Shown here piece by piece: positions 50,262 through 59,306 of a stretch of 64,000 bases of DNA. The notes beneath the pieces were generated by a model. The model saw nothing but the letters and a program-made list of their open reading frames with translations, did not search any database and had not been told where the DNA came from. How positions within the stretch are numbered: position 1 is the first letter of the stretch; the number at the start of each line of letters is the position of its first letter. Both the position numbers and the translations under genes were made by a program. Source of the DNA: Verrucomicrobiota bacterium (GTDB lineage: Bacteria; Verrucomicrobiota; Lentisphaeria; JABSQK01; JAJFLO01); NCBI GenBank assembly GCA_021772675.1, contig JAJFLO010000244.1:1468-65467 (forward strand), written 5' to 3'.

Positions 50262-50535
50262 TGGCCCGGTGCGGACTGAATTGAGGTAATATTAGAACTA
50301 TGATCAAAAAGTTCATTAACTGAGGGGAAATAAAGGAAGTCAAAGGCGTGTCGCTTGTGGGAATTTACTGGTTACTGGCGTGTGAAGGTTATTGAATTAA
50401 GAATATTTTAGCAAGTAAATAAACGTTAAAGCCTTAATCTCAACAGACCTATTAGGGATGTCTAGTAATCCATGGCCAGGTGATATTTTATTCTATTAGG
50501 CGGAGCTGCATCGTCCATGCATCACTTTAATAAAT

Positions 50536-51669
50536 TTATAATTTTAGTTTATCCTTCACATATATTGAATAGATTTTATACAGACTTTCCATTGATTCAA
50601 TATCAATCCATTCATTTTCGGTGTGGAGATTCCCAACCAGCGGACGTGAAATAATAACCGGGATATCATTATACGAAAAAAAACGCCCGTCGCTACCGCC
50701 ATGCGAATGACACAATGCCGGTTTCGAACTGGTTACCTGCTCAACTGCATTCAGGAAGATTGGATCGGGTTCAAACTGTGTTGGTTCCGCACAAATGATT
50801 ATGTTCAAATTCATTGATTTATTAAGCAACTCTTTTATGTCATCTAGGATTGCATCAACCGAATGCGGGAAAGGGAAGCGAATGTCAAAAACGCAAGATG
50901 CTTCCGCAGGAATACAATTGATAGTTTTATTTGGGGTGTGGATTTGAGTGACTGCGCAGGTCGGGTGCCAATGATTTTTACTGGTTTTGTAGGACTCAAA
51001 AAGTTTTTGGAGCTTAACGATTACTTCGGTAATTTGTTGAAGTGGATTTACGCCAAGCCAGGGACGAGCAGCGTGTGCTTCATGCCCTTTACAATCCAAT
51101 CGTAAATGAATAAGGCCTTTTTCTTCAACAATTATTTCTGTTAATGATCCACCGTCCGGTATTAATACAACGCCACATCGCAGACCGATTTCATTGACCA
51201 GATAGCGAATGCCGGAGTATCCGCCAGTTTCCTCATCTGAAGTGACGACTAATCCAAGTGAAAGGCCATTGTATTGACTATGAGCCTCTCGGAATAGTTC
51301 AAGCATAACGGCTAATGCCCCTTTCATATCCCCTGCGCCTGGACCATATATGCGCCCATTGGTAATTGTGGATCGATAAATCGAAAGATCTGGATGGCTC
51401 ACAACATCCACGTGACCACATAACAAAATATCGGGCGTCCTAATTCCTTTTGGCAATGCCAATAGCGATGGAATGCCATTCGGTCTAAACTCCTGTAAAT
51501 TGATTTGATCCAATGATTCCAGATGATATTTGATTACTTCCAATCCACGTTCGCGCTCCTTAGGATTGGCTTCGGCGCTAGGGATCAAAACGAGGTCCCG
51601 TGTCAAAGAAACCAGTGATTCCTGAAGATGATTAAATGCAGGCGACTGGTCAATTGGATTATGATTCAT
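50536..51669 (-). CDS. M20-family metallopeptidase / deacylase (ArgE/DapE-like)
   Basis: 377-aa ORF with M20 metal-ligand motifs: LCGHVDVV (H-x-D), GPGAGDMKG (bridging Asp), TSDEETGG (Glu-Glu) and a lid/dimerisation insert. Confidence 0.85.
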   Translation of the reverse strand: MNHNPIDQSPAFNHLQESLVSLTRDLVLIPSAEANPKERERGLEVIKYHLESLDQINLQEFRPNGIPSLLALPKGIRTPDILLCGHVDVVSHPDLSIYRSTITNGRIYGPGAGDMKGALAVMLELFREAHSQYNGLSLGLVVTSDEETGGYSGIRYLVNEIGLRCGVVLIPDGGSLTEIIVEEKGLIHLRLDCKGHEAHAARPWLGVNPLQQITEVIVKLQKLFESYKTSKNHWHPTCAVTQIHTPNKTINCIPAEASCVFDIRFPFPHSVDAILDDIKELLNKSMNLNIIICAEPTQFEPDPIFLNAVEQVTSSKPALCHSHGGSDGRFFSYNDIPVIISRPLVGNLHTENEWIDIESMESLYKIYSIYVKDKLKL

Positions 51670-52107
51670 TTTGATGTAATAAATCTAAATTTAATTTTAA
51701 TTCTCTCTAACCTGAATAATCCAGGCTAGTAAGCTCGTGGTTATTGTCTTGTCATTATGACATTTGGCCATCGTTTCACGCTTTTGTGCGCCTAAGGTTG
51801 GACGTTCCGTCTTTTGACGTGCGTTTCTAAATAGGCAGTCTAACCCGGATTTTTCACACTACTTTGTTACAAAAGCGTATATCACCTAAATTCAATGTCT
51901 TAACTTACCTCGCGAACTCAATATGTTTCGACTTACTGTCATCTGCTCGTCTAGGTCAAACCATTGAATATAGGCAATCTAAACTTTCTCACCACAAAGT
52001 TTGTGAGAAAACCGGGCAAAAAACGGAACTTCATACTAACCACCTCAGAATACAAATTCGTCTTATGTTAATCGAGGTCACGCAACGGGCTGGAACGTTA
52101 TACTCCC

Positions 52108-53472
52108 TCAGTCCCTGTCATAACCCCAGGCAACCGGGAGAATGAGATCCATTTGGGATAATAATGAAGTGCATTCCTGCAAGTCTCGACCAAGAAATAG
52201 AAATTGACCTTTGTTGACGTCTTTATTCTCATCAAAATTAAAATTAATCGGTAAAATACCACGTTCATTGCCGGGGATATAAAGTTTATTATTTCTTTTA
52301 AGTATATCAAGCAAATCTAATCCCGTTAATGATGTAAAAAATTTTATATTCCTCATCAGCCATGCCATTTCAGGCATGAAATGTCGTGCCAAAATTGCCG
52401 GGTAAGTGGCTCCGGTTACACGAGCGTTAATTTCACAGATACGCACTTCGACGTTGCCCTTTCTCTCAATTATATGAAAATCTATACTCGCAGTTCCACG
52501 GTATCCACTATCATGCAGCCACATTCCAGCCTTTTTCCCCAGTTCATTTATCTGTTCAAAAAATGACGTATTGTTTGTTATGTATTCCGGCGGTGAAAAA
52601 TTGCCTTCATGGATACTATCCGGACTTAAAATCTGTTCTGTTAAATCATAAAGAAACAGGGTGTCATTATTTAAGAAAATCTGAATGCTTGGCGATCCCA
52701 GAAATCTGACGCTTTTTACTTTCCTATCTAACCAACCTTGAACAAGGGCAGGCCCTTCATAAAAAAGATATTCAGGGATGTCACGCGCATTTTTAATTGA
52801 AGTGTCTAACTTCAACATGCCAATTCCCGAGGCGCCAATTTGTGCTTTGATGACGGCTTCCGTATAACCCAGGCAATGCAAATTATTTAAACAATCAAAT
52901 ACATCTGCGACGGACTCAGCAATACAGGTGTCGAACAATGGCAAGTCATTTTTCAATAGAAACTGATGAAGAAGAAATTTGTTGTTTCCTGCTTTACTGG
53001 ATACTTCTGTATTAATTGTTGATTTTTGAAGCCGTTTAGCGACGCAAGACAACGCCTTGTCGGTGACAAATCCATCAATGGTTTGCGCGGAATGATCTGA
53101 TAAATGGTTAATTAAGGAATAAAAGGGTGCTGCAACCCTATTTGACGACAGTTCTGAAAATGAATGATAAACTGAATAAGGTAAAACTTCTATTGACGGT
53201 AATTTGAGGCCTAGACTGTCAATAAAATAATGAATTAAACTCTCATCTGGTTTTGTTTCAAGAATTAATACATTATCGTTGCCCTGAAACATGAGATTGA
53301 TGATGGGTGCCAGTCGACCACCGTAACTTTCCAATCCGTCGACAAGTTTTTTTAGATTTTTGATTTCGCCTTCATTACCATAAAAAAGACCAGGTAAATT
53401 GGCAAAAAAAATTATGTTCCTATTCCAGAATGTCGGTAACCTCCCAATGGCAGTTTTGATTTCAGGATTCAT
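52108..53472 (-). CDS. ATP-grasp family ligase with an N-terminal pre-ATP-grasp-like region (PGM1-like peptide ligase candidate)
   Basis: 454-aa ORF. ATP-grasp core: VIKAQIGASGIGM ... GTASIDFHIIERKGNVEVRICEINARVTGATYP (E-x-N motif). It starts 40 nt after the rapA stop on the same strand. Confidence 0.7.
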   Translation of the reverse strand: MNPEIKTAIGRLPTFWNRNIIFFANLPGLFYGNEGEIKNLKKLVDGLESYGGRLAPIINLMFQGNDNVLILETKPDESLIHYFIDSLGLKLPSIEVLPYSVYHSFSELSSNRVAAPFYSLINHLSDHSAQTIDGFVTDKALSCVAKRLQKSTINTEVSSKAGNNKFLLHQFLLKNDLPLFDTCIAESVADVFDCLNNLHCLGYTEAVIKAQIGASGIGMLKLDTSIKNARDIPEYLFYEGPALVQGWLDRKVKSVRFLGSPSIQIFLNNDTLFLYDLTEQILSPDSIHEGNFSPPEYITNNTSFFEQINELGKKAGMWLHDSGYRGTASIDFHIIERKGNVEVRICEINARVTGATYPAILARHFMPEMAWLMRNIKFFTSLTGLDLLDILKRNNKLYIPGNERGILPINFNFDENKDVNKGQFLFLGRDLQECTSLLSQMDLILPVAWGYDRD

Positions 53473-53512
53473 ATCATGATTCGATAAAATTTTTTAGATG
53501 TGAATTTATCGC

Positions 53513-56359
53513 TTATGTTGTCGGTCCCCGCCATATAAGTCGAATCGCATCGAGTTTTATTACAGAATCAATAAAATAATTTTCCAATCGATTGAACTCA
53601 TCTCTAAGATGGGTAATTTCCTCTTCGCGTATAGGCGCCTTTGCAGCTAATAGTATTGACAGGCGGTCTATTTCTGGTTGTATTGTTGATCGCATTGCTG
53701 AAATAGCCTGCTTGACTAATTCATTTTTTTTTATTTCCGCCAGTTCCCGAGATCGTTTTGTTAAATGTGGCAATAACTGTTGTGTCACTTCTGTTTTCTT
53801 TAACAACGGCGTTTGATTATCATCTTTAAGTACTTCTTTTAGTTTTTTATGGGTGATTTTACTGCTTACATCGGCGCCATCATGACTAACCATAATTCGT
53901 AATGGAGTCGCAGCAAGAAAACGGTCTGGTCGCAAATCTTCTGGAGCTAATGAGTGTATTATAAAAATTGCTTCAACATATATGATGCGGCTATTCTGGT
54001 CTTCCCAGACACCATAAGATGATCGTCCGTCAGCTGAACCAATTAGCTGGTCAATCGCCCCAGTCACCATTGGATGTTCCCAAGTTAAAAAGGTATAGTC
54101 TTCTCTGGCGATGGCCCGCTGTCGACTGAAAGTGACTGGAAGACCTGCATCCGGCAGTCCCGGCAACCCATGATAATGATCGCCAGGCAAATAGAATAAA
54201 CTGTTATGATCATGATCTTCAATCTGAATACCTATATGATTACATACTGAATCCATAAAAGAGGAAAGGTTAGAGTGGGCCTCAATGCTCTCAACCTCAT
54301 CTACGAGAGCTTCTCCAATAGAAGGCTGATGCGAATGCCACTCCAATAATCTATCTCTGCCAGCCGCCATTTTCTTTACAATATCGTCTTTTGATCTTTT
54401 TGTATCATCTATAAGCTTTTTGAGCTCTTCTGGCTTCCCGTTATCAAACCAACAATGTCCGAATTTGTGAACTTTGTTTCCCAACTCCTGGTAAAGTTTA
54501 TTTGCCCCCTGAAGCGGTTTGCAAAATGCATTGAGTCCATCACCATACCATTTTGCTAGGACCTCCTGAAATGTCTGTTCCAGGTAAATTACATGAATCG
54601 TGACATTATTCATCTGTCCGATTCGAGCAAGCCGGCCAATTCGCTGTTCTAATAATTCGGGATTTTCAGGTAAATCAAAAAGTAGTAAATGATGGCAAAA
54701 CTGGAAATTTCTCCCTTCACTGCCAATTTCTGAGCATATAAGTAGGCGTGCACCATCAGGATCAGCAAAATAAGCTGCATTACGATCTCGTACAATCAAT
54801 GATAATCCTTCATGAAATACGGCCATGCGAATACTGATCTTTTGTTCGATCTCATTCTGAATTGCTTGAACAGTTTTAGGGGAGGAACAAATAAGTAATA
54901 TTTTTTCATAGGGGTTTTTATTCAAAATATCTATGATCATAGTTAATCGCAGATCATGTTGCCACCAATCGTTGCGGTATTTTTTTGAAACTTGAAATTC
55001 GGGAAGAATACTATCGATTGATGGATCATAAATACTAGCGCACTTGTCATTTAACTTTACGGGGTAGAAGGTTGCCTTGCGTTTGGGAAATCCGGCAATA
55101 TTATTTCGTTGATTTCGGTAAAACAGCCTTCCGGTACCATGATGATCGACCAATTCAGAAATTAATTGTTTCTGGGCGTGGGTATCGCCATTTGTTAACC
55201 GTTGTAACAGGTCAACCAGTCTTTTAGGATCGTAGTGATAGTTTTTGCTTAGATTTTCTTGTTCAGAGGTGCTTAATGATTCCCCAGACAATAGTTTGTT
55301 GATAACACTGGCGACGGCGGTATAATTTATTTGTTCCCCTTTAAATTTCTGTAGGTCATAAAATCGTTTTGGATCAAGTAGATGCAACCGAGCAAAATGA
55401 CCTTCTTCGCCTAATTGTTCCGGTGTTCCACTGAGCAGCAGGACACTGGGAACAGTTTTTGAAAGGTTTTCCACAAGTTGATACTCAGTACTTGGATTTC
55501 CCTCGGCCCACTGCAAATGATGAGCCTCATCGATTACCAGAATATCCCAATCAATATCGCAAATTTCTTTCATGCGTTTTGGGTTTTTAACTAAAAATGT
55601 CAGACTGCAAATGACCAGGGAACTATCTGAAAACGGATTTATTTCTGAATTGCTCGTTTGGATGGCGCTGCAACGTTCTTCGTCAAATATACTGAAGGTT
55701 AGATTGAAACGTCGCCAAAGTTCGAGAAACCATTGATGGGTTAACGATTCTGGTAATATAATTAGAATACGAGTGGCCACACCTAATAATAATTGCCTGG
55801 ATAGAATTAATCCTGCTTCAATTGTTTTCCCTAATCCAACCTCGTCACCTAACATCACCCGAATATGATAGCGGGAGGCAATTTCTGATACGACATAGAG
55901 TTGATGTGGCAGCAGAGAAATTCTTGCCCCTAGTAACCCTCGAACAGGTAACATTTGCAGCCAATTGCGTTTTGTTATAGCCAGAAATCTAAGATTAAAA
56001 ATTTCATTTGAGTCTGCAATACCCATGATCAAGCGTTCTTCAGAACCTGTGAAATCTATGCTTTCACTTAGAAGTGACTCATGAATTGATTTGTCTGAAT
56101 CCTTATAGATCAATAGACCGTTTTTATCTTCCAATTTTTCAATAATCATTGAGCGGCCATCTATTGAGGAAATGCTATCACCAATTGAAAACTGTAGTCG
56201 GCGCAGGGGAGCAGTTTCAGTTGCGTAAGATCGGGTGATATTTCTATTTGGAAATTTAATTTCTACATTTCGGCTATCAGCGGCAATAACAGAACCCAAT
56301 CCCAATTCCGGTTCTGATTCACTGTACCAACGTTGTCCAGGGATGAATTTTTCTTTCAT
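53513..56359 (-). CDS. rapA: RNA polymerase-associated SNF2-family ATPase RapA (HepA)
   Basis: 948 aa. RapA-type N-terminus FIPGQRWYSESEPELGLGSVI. SNF2 motifs GDEVGLGKT (I), VIDEAHHL (II), LLSGTPEQ (III), QRIGRLARIGQ (VI). Confidence 0.9.
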   Translation of the reverse strand: MKEKFIPGQRWYSESEPELGLGSVIAADSRNVEIKFPNRNITRSYATETAPLRRLQFSIGDSISSIDGRSMIIEKLEDKNGLLIYKDSDKSIHESLLSESIDFTGSEERLIMGIADSNEIFNLRFLAITKRNWLQMLPVRGLLGARISLLPHQLYVVSEIASRYHIRVMLGDEVGLGKTIEAGLILSRQLLLGVATRILIILPESLTHQWFLELWRRFNLTFSIFDEERCSAIQTSNSEINPFSDSSLVICSLTFLVKNPKRMKEICDIDWDILVIDEAHHLQWAEGNPSTEYQLVENLSKTVPSVLLLSGTPEQLGEEGHFARLHLLDPKRFYDLQKFKGEQINYTAVASVINKLLSGESLSTSEQENLSKNYHYDPKRLVDLLQRLTNGDTHAQKQLISELVDHHGTGRLFYRNQRNNIAGFPKRKATFYPVKLNDKCASIYDPSIDSILPEFQVSKKYRNDWWQHDLRLTMIIDILNKNPYEKILLICSSPKTVQAIQNEIEQKISIRMAVFHEGLSLIVRDRNAAYFADPDGARLLICSEIGSEGRNFQFCHHLLLFDLPENPELLEQRIGRLARIGQMNNVTIHVIYLEQTFQEVLAKWYGDGLNAFCKPLQGANKLYQELGNKVHKFGHCWFDNGKPEELKKLIDDTKRSKDDIVKKMAAGRDRLLEWHSHQPSIGEALVDEVESIEAHSNLSSFMDSVCNHIGIQIEDHDHNSLFYLPGDHYHGLPGLPDAGLPVTFSRQRAIAREDYTFLTWEHPMVTGAIDQLIGSADGRSSYGVWEDQNSRIIYVEAIFIIHSLAPEDLRPDRFLAATPLRIMVSHDGADVSSKITHKKLKEVLKDDNQTPLLKKTEVTQQLLPHLTKRSRELAEIKKNELVKQAISAMRSTIQPEIDRLSILLAAKAPIREEEITHLRDEFNRLENYFIDSVIKLDAIRLIWRGPTT

Positions 56360-56933
56360 GAAATGATTTATCTCACAATACGCTAAGGTTTTTGCTAAAT
56401 CTCAATTCTATTGTAACGGTTCACACGTGTTTGATTTTGATACTATACTTTTTGCGACTTTGAGTTGGGTGTGGACAGTTTATTCATTGCAAAAGGATGG
56501 ATCTTTATAGAAATTTTATAAAGCCCTTTAACCTGTCAGGAATTAATGGTAACACATTATAACTGTCTTCATTTGATAACAGATAATGAACCCAATTTGT
56601 TGGATACGTATTAGTTGAAGAGATTAAAATGGCCTCTCAATCTAAATCAATTTGACCAACTCTATATGAGATACTTTAGATATCAATCGAATCCATTCAA
56701 GAATAGTATCCAATTATAAGTATCTTAGCATGAATTATTCAGGCTAAATGAATTCGCGCGTTTAATATATAAAAACGGGTTTGGAAATTGAAGATTTTAA
56801 GTTTGCCCACAATATCACTGCATTTACTATATAAAATGCTTACATTCGTGCTCAAGCTTCTGAGCGAATCTATGAATTGCTTCAAGTTTCAAAGGAACTG
56901 TCCCTCGTTTATTTACAACAACCAACGTTTGGA

Positions 56934-58031
56934 TCAGCTGTTCAAATAATCCATCTTCGTTAACATTCTGACGGGCTGTCGTTTCGTACCCCAGGTTCCT
57001 GGTTGAGCTTCAAATCGGCCTGAACATCGTGTGCCGCATTGGTTGCATATACCCGTGTTATTCAAATTCCAGTCACTTAAATTATACCAATCTCGACCGA
57101 TGAGTAGATGGCCACATTCATGGCAATAAGTGCTTGCTCCTAATTTGTCATGAACGTTGCCAGTGTATGCATAACGCACTCCATTTTTTATAGCTATGTC
57201 CCTGGCTCGGGTAAGAGTTGCTGAGGGTGTTCTCGGTTTATCTAACATTTTAAAATCAGGGTGAAATGCTGTGAAATGCATTGGGACATCTGGGCCGAGA
57301 TATTCAACAACCCATTGCGTCATTTCTTCAAATTCTTTATCGGAATCGTTTTCATCAGGGATTACCAGGTTTGTCAGTTCAAACCAGACGTTAGTTTCAT
57401 GCTTTAAATATTCCAAAGTTTCAAGAACTGGTTTAAGTTCGCCTGCACATATTTTTTTGTAGAACCGTTCCGTAAATCCTTTAAGATCGACATTGGCAGC
57501 GTCAATATGTCGATAAAATTCGGTACGGGGATCAGCGCACATATATCCGGCTGTTACGGCAACGGCTTTAATTCCGACATCATGACATGCTTGGGCGATA
57601 TCAACCGCATATTCGTAAAATATGACTGGGTCATTATAAGTAAATGCGACACTTGAACAACCCAAACGTTTTGCTTCACTCGCGATGCGTGCTGGGGTTG
57701 CGGAATCCATCAGCGTATCCATTTCCCGTGATTTACTCATATCCCAGTTTTGACAAAATTTACAGGCGAGGTTGCAGCCCGCTGTACCAAATGACAAAAT
57801 CGGAGTTCCGGGTAGGTAATGATTCAATGGCTTTTTTTCAATGGGATCAATACAAAAACCACTTGAGCGTCCGTAGGTAGTTAAAACCATCGTATCGCCT
57901 TGCCGCATTCGCACAAAACATAGGCCGCGTTGTCCGTCTTTGAGTTTGCAGAAGCGTGGACACACATCACATTGAATCCGATTATCCTGCAGTAGATGCC
58001 AGTGTTTGACGGGTATTATACTTGGTTTCAT
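56934..58031 (-). CDS. amrS: AmmeMemoRadiSam-system-type radical SAM enzyme (PflA-like activase fold)
   Basis: 365 aa. N-terminal Cys cluster CDVCPRFCKL..GLCFVR, radical-SAM CNLACKFCQNW (CxxxCxxC), C-terminal Cys cluster CHECGH...CNQCGTRC. Confidence 0.8.
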   Translation of the reverse strand: MKPSIIPVKHWHLLQDNRIQCDVCPRFCKLKDGQRGLCFVRMRQGDTMVLTTYGRSSGFCIDPIEKKPLNHYLPGTPILSFGTAGCNLACKFCQNWDMSKSREMDTLMDSATPARIASEAKRLGCSSVAFTYNDPVIFYEYAVDIAQACHDVGIKAVAVTAGYMCADPRTEFYRHIDAANVDLKGFTERFYKKICAGELKPVLETLEYLKHETNVWFELTNLVIPDENDSDKEFEEMTQWVVEYLGPDVPMHFTAFHPDFKMLDKPRTPSATLTRARDIAIKNGVRYAYTGNVHDKLGASTYCHECGHLLIGRDWYNLSDWNLNNTGICNQCGTRCSGRFEAQPGTWGTKRQPVRMLTKMDYLNS

Positions 58032-58081
58032 TTTGTCTATCCGAATATACTTAAGTGATTTTTAAAAGATGTGCGTTTATT

Positions 58082-58111
58082 TTTACAAAAAAAATTGCAT
58101 TATACTATATT
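58082..58111 (+). promoter_or_regulatory. Sigma-70-like promoter candidate facing a structured intergenic region
   Basis: TTTACA (58082-58087), an 18 nt spacer, then TATATT (58106-58111). The GC-rich helices start about 20-40 nt downstream. Confidence 0.3.
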
Positions 58112-58596
58112 CACATTGTTTTGAGAGGTTGTTGCGGCGCTCATTTTGAGCGTCTTTGGAGTGCGGAGACCTGTCTCCGCTTTCAAACATTACGGAGTAA
58201 TGGGAGGAGTACCAACGTCAGCTATAAACTATCATTACCCCTCATTTTCTCCGAAAATTTCCAAAGCGCTGACAGGCCAGTGCACTCCAAAGGTGTCAGG
58301 CTCCACAGCCACATTTACGACAAGTTTTTAGGTTTTTTTCTTTTTCAGTCTCTACACTGGTTATCATGTTTGAAGTGATGCCGATATTTTTGCATTTACT
58401 GTATTGTTATATGTTAAAAATAAATAAGTTAGGTCAATGAGGGAACTGTTTTTAAAAAATATGTAAATGTGTATTTTTTAAGGCACTTATTAAATGGGCA
58501 ATTCACATATATTGATATTGTATACGTTAGTGTAATATTTTATGAATTCTCATGTTTTTCAATGGACACAATGAATTACCTAGATAATTTGATTTA

Positions 58597-59127
58597 ATGA
58601 TTAGCCCATCAACAAGATTATTTATTGTAGTTTTACTAACATTTCCGTGGCTGTATACTGGCTATCCCAACAATATTAGGACTGCATTCCGTCGTGATTG
58701 TGAGACGCTCCTGCTTGATAGTATTCGACTGGCAAAATCTGAAATTCTGGTTGCTGTGTATTCGTTTTCCAATAGAAAGATCGCTAGAGCATTAATCAAA
58801 AGATCAAAAGAGGGTGTCTCTATTAAACTAAAAGTTGATAAAAAACAAGCATCCTATGACTATAGTAAATTTGTGTTTGATTTAATGAAATCTAAACATT
58901 TAGATATTGAGTATATATCGATGGAAAAACATCATTCGATGCATAACAAATTTTTAGTTATTGATAAGGAATTGGTACTTACTGGGAGTTATAATTTTAC
59001 AAAAAATGCAACTAAATTCAACTGGGAAAATTTAGTACTCATTAAAGATAAATTAATCGCCAAGAAGTATATTGATGAATGGGAAAAGATTCGAAGTTTA
59101 AAGGCGAAGAAAACGAAAAGGGATTAG
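58597..59127 (+). CDS. Small secreted phospholipase-D-superfamily nuclease (Nuc-like, single HKD motif)
   Basis: 176 aa. Hydrophobic N-terminus LFIVVLLTFPWLYTG. HKD signature HNKFLVIDKELVLTGSYNFT. Confidence 0.75.
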   Translation: MISPSTRLFIVVLLTFPWLYTGYPNNIRTAFRRDCETLLLDSIRLAKSEILVAVYSFSNRKIARALIKRSKEGVSIKLKVDKKQASYDYSKFVFDLMKSKHLDIEYISMEKHHSMHNKFLVIDKELVLTGSYNFTKNATKFNWENLVLIKDKLIAKKYIDEWEKIRSLKAKKTKRD

Positions 59128-59178
59128 GTTTTACAGATTTAAGATTGGTCAATATTCGTTCTCTGATTACAACCAGAA

Positions 59179-59208
59179 TTGACATGGTATACGGCAATTT
59201 GTTAATAT
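59179..59208 (+). promoter_or_regulatory. Sigma-70-like promoter candidate for ribD-ribE
   Basis: TTGACA (59179-59184), a 17-18 nt spacer, then TTAATA/TAATAT (59202-59208), about 100 nt upstream of the ribD ATG. Confidence 0.4.
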
Positions 59209-59306
59209 TACCAAATCAAGTGCTGGACATTGCTTAAAGTAATTCAGCATTTGTTTATTATGTTAATTTATACTCAGAAAAAATAGGAAGAAAATTATAG
59301 CTCACC

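Noticed and set aside
50262-50535. Terminators in the convergent gap between the giant gene and the M20 gene
   Set aside because: Only short weak hairpins (e.g. tgcat-cgtcc-atgca near 50506-50520) without U-tracts were seen, so I call nothing here.
51985-52010. Hairpin tttctcac-N10-gtgagaaa about 100 nt downstream of the ATP-grasp stop, as a possible intrinsic terminator (minus strand)
   Set aside because: The stem is AT-rich and no clean U-tract follows on the minus strand. This is not convincing as a rho-independent terminator.
51864-52310. ORFs 51864..52145 (+, 93 aa) and 52098..52310 (-, 70 aa)
   Set aside because: The first runs through AT-rich intergenic DNA into the 3' end of the ATP-grasp gene, and the second is an alternative frame of that gene. 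Neither has motifs.
58159-58176. String agtgcggagacctgtc resembling the cobalamin-riboswitch B12 box (rAGYCMGgAgaCCkGCc)
   Set aside because: 14 of 16 positions match. However, none of the upstream conserved cobalamin-riboswitch core elements (GGGAA / GGUG...AA...CC / CCCGC-ACUG) are present on either strand, so this is probably coincidence.
58055-58378. Plus-strand ORFs of 107 aa and 61 aa (58146..58331) in the amrS/PLD intergenic region
   Set aside because: They overlap each other in different frames and coincide with the palindromic GC-rich island. They have no motifs and non-ATG or poor start contexts.
59128-59306. Expected FMN (RFN) riboswitch upstream of ribD
   Set aside because: None of the conserved RFN core segments could be found by eye on the + strand. 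Only a promoter-like TTGACA-N17-TTAATA is present.
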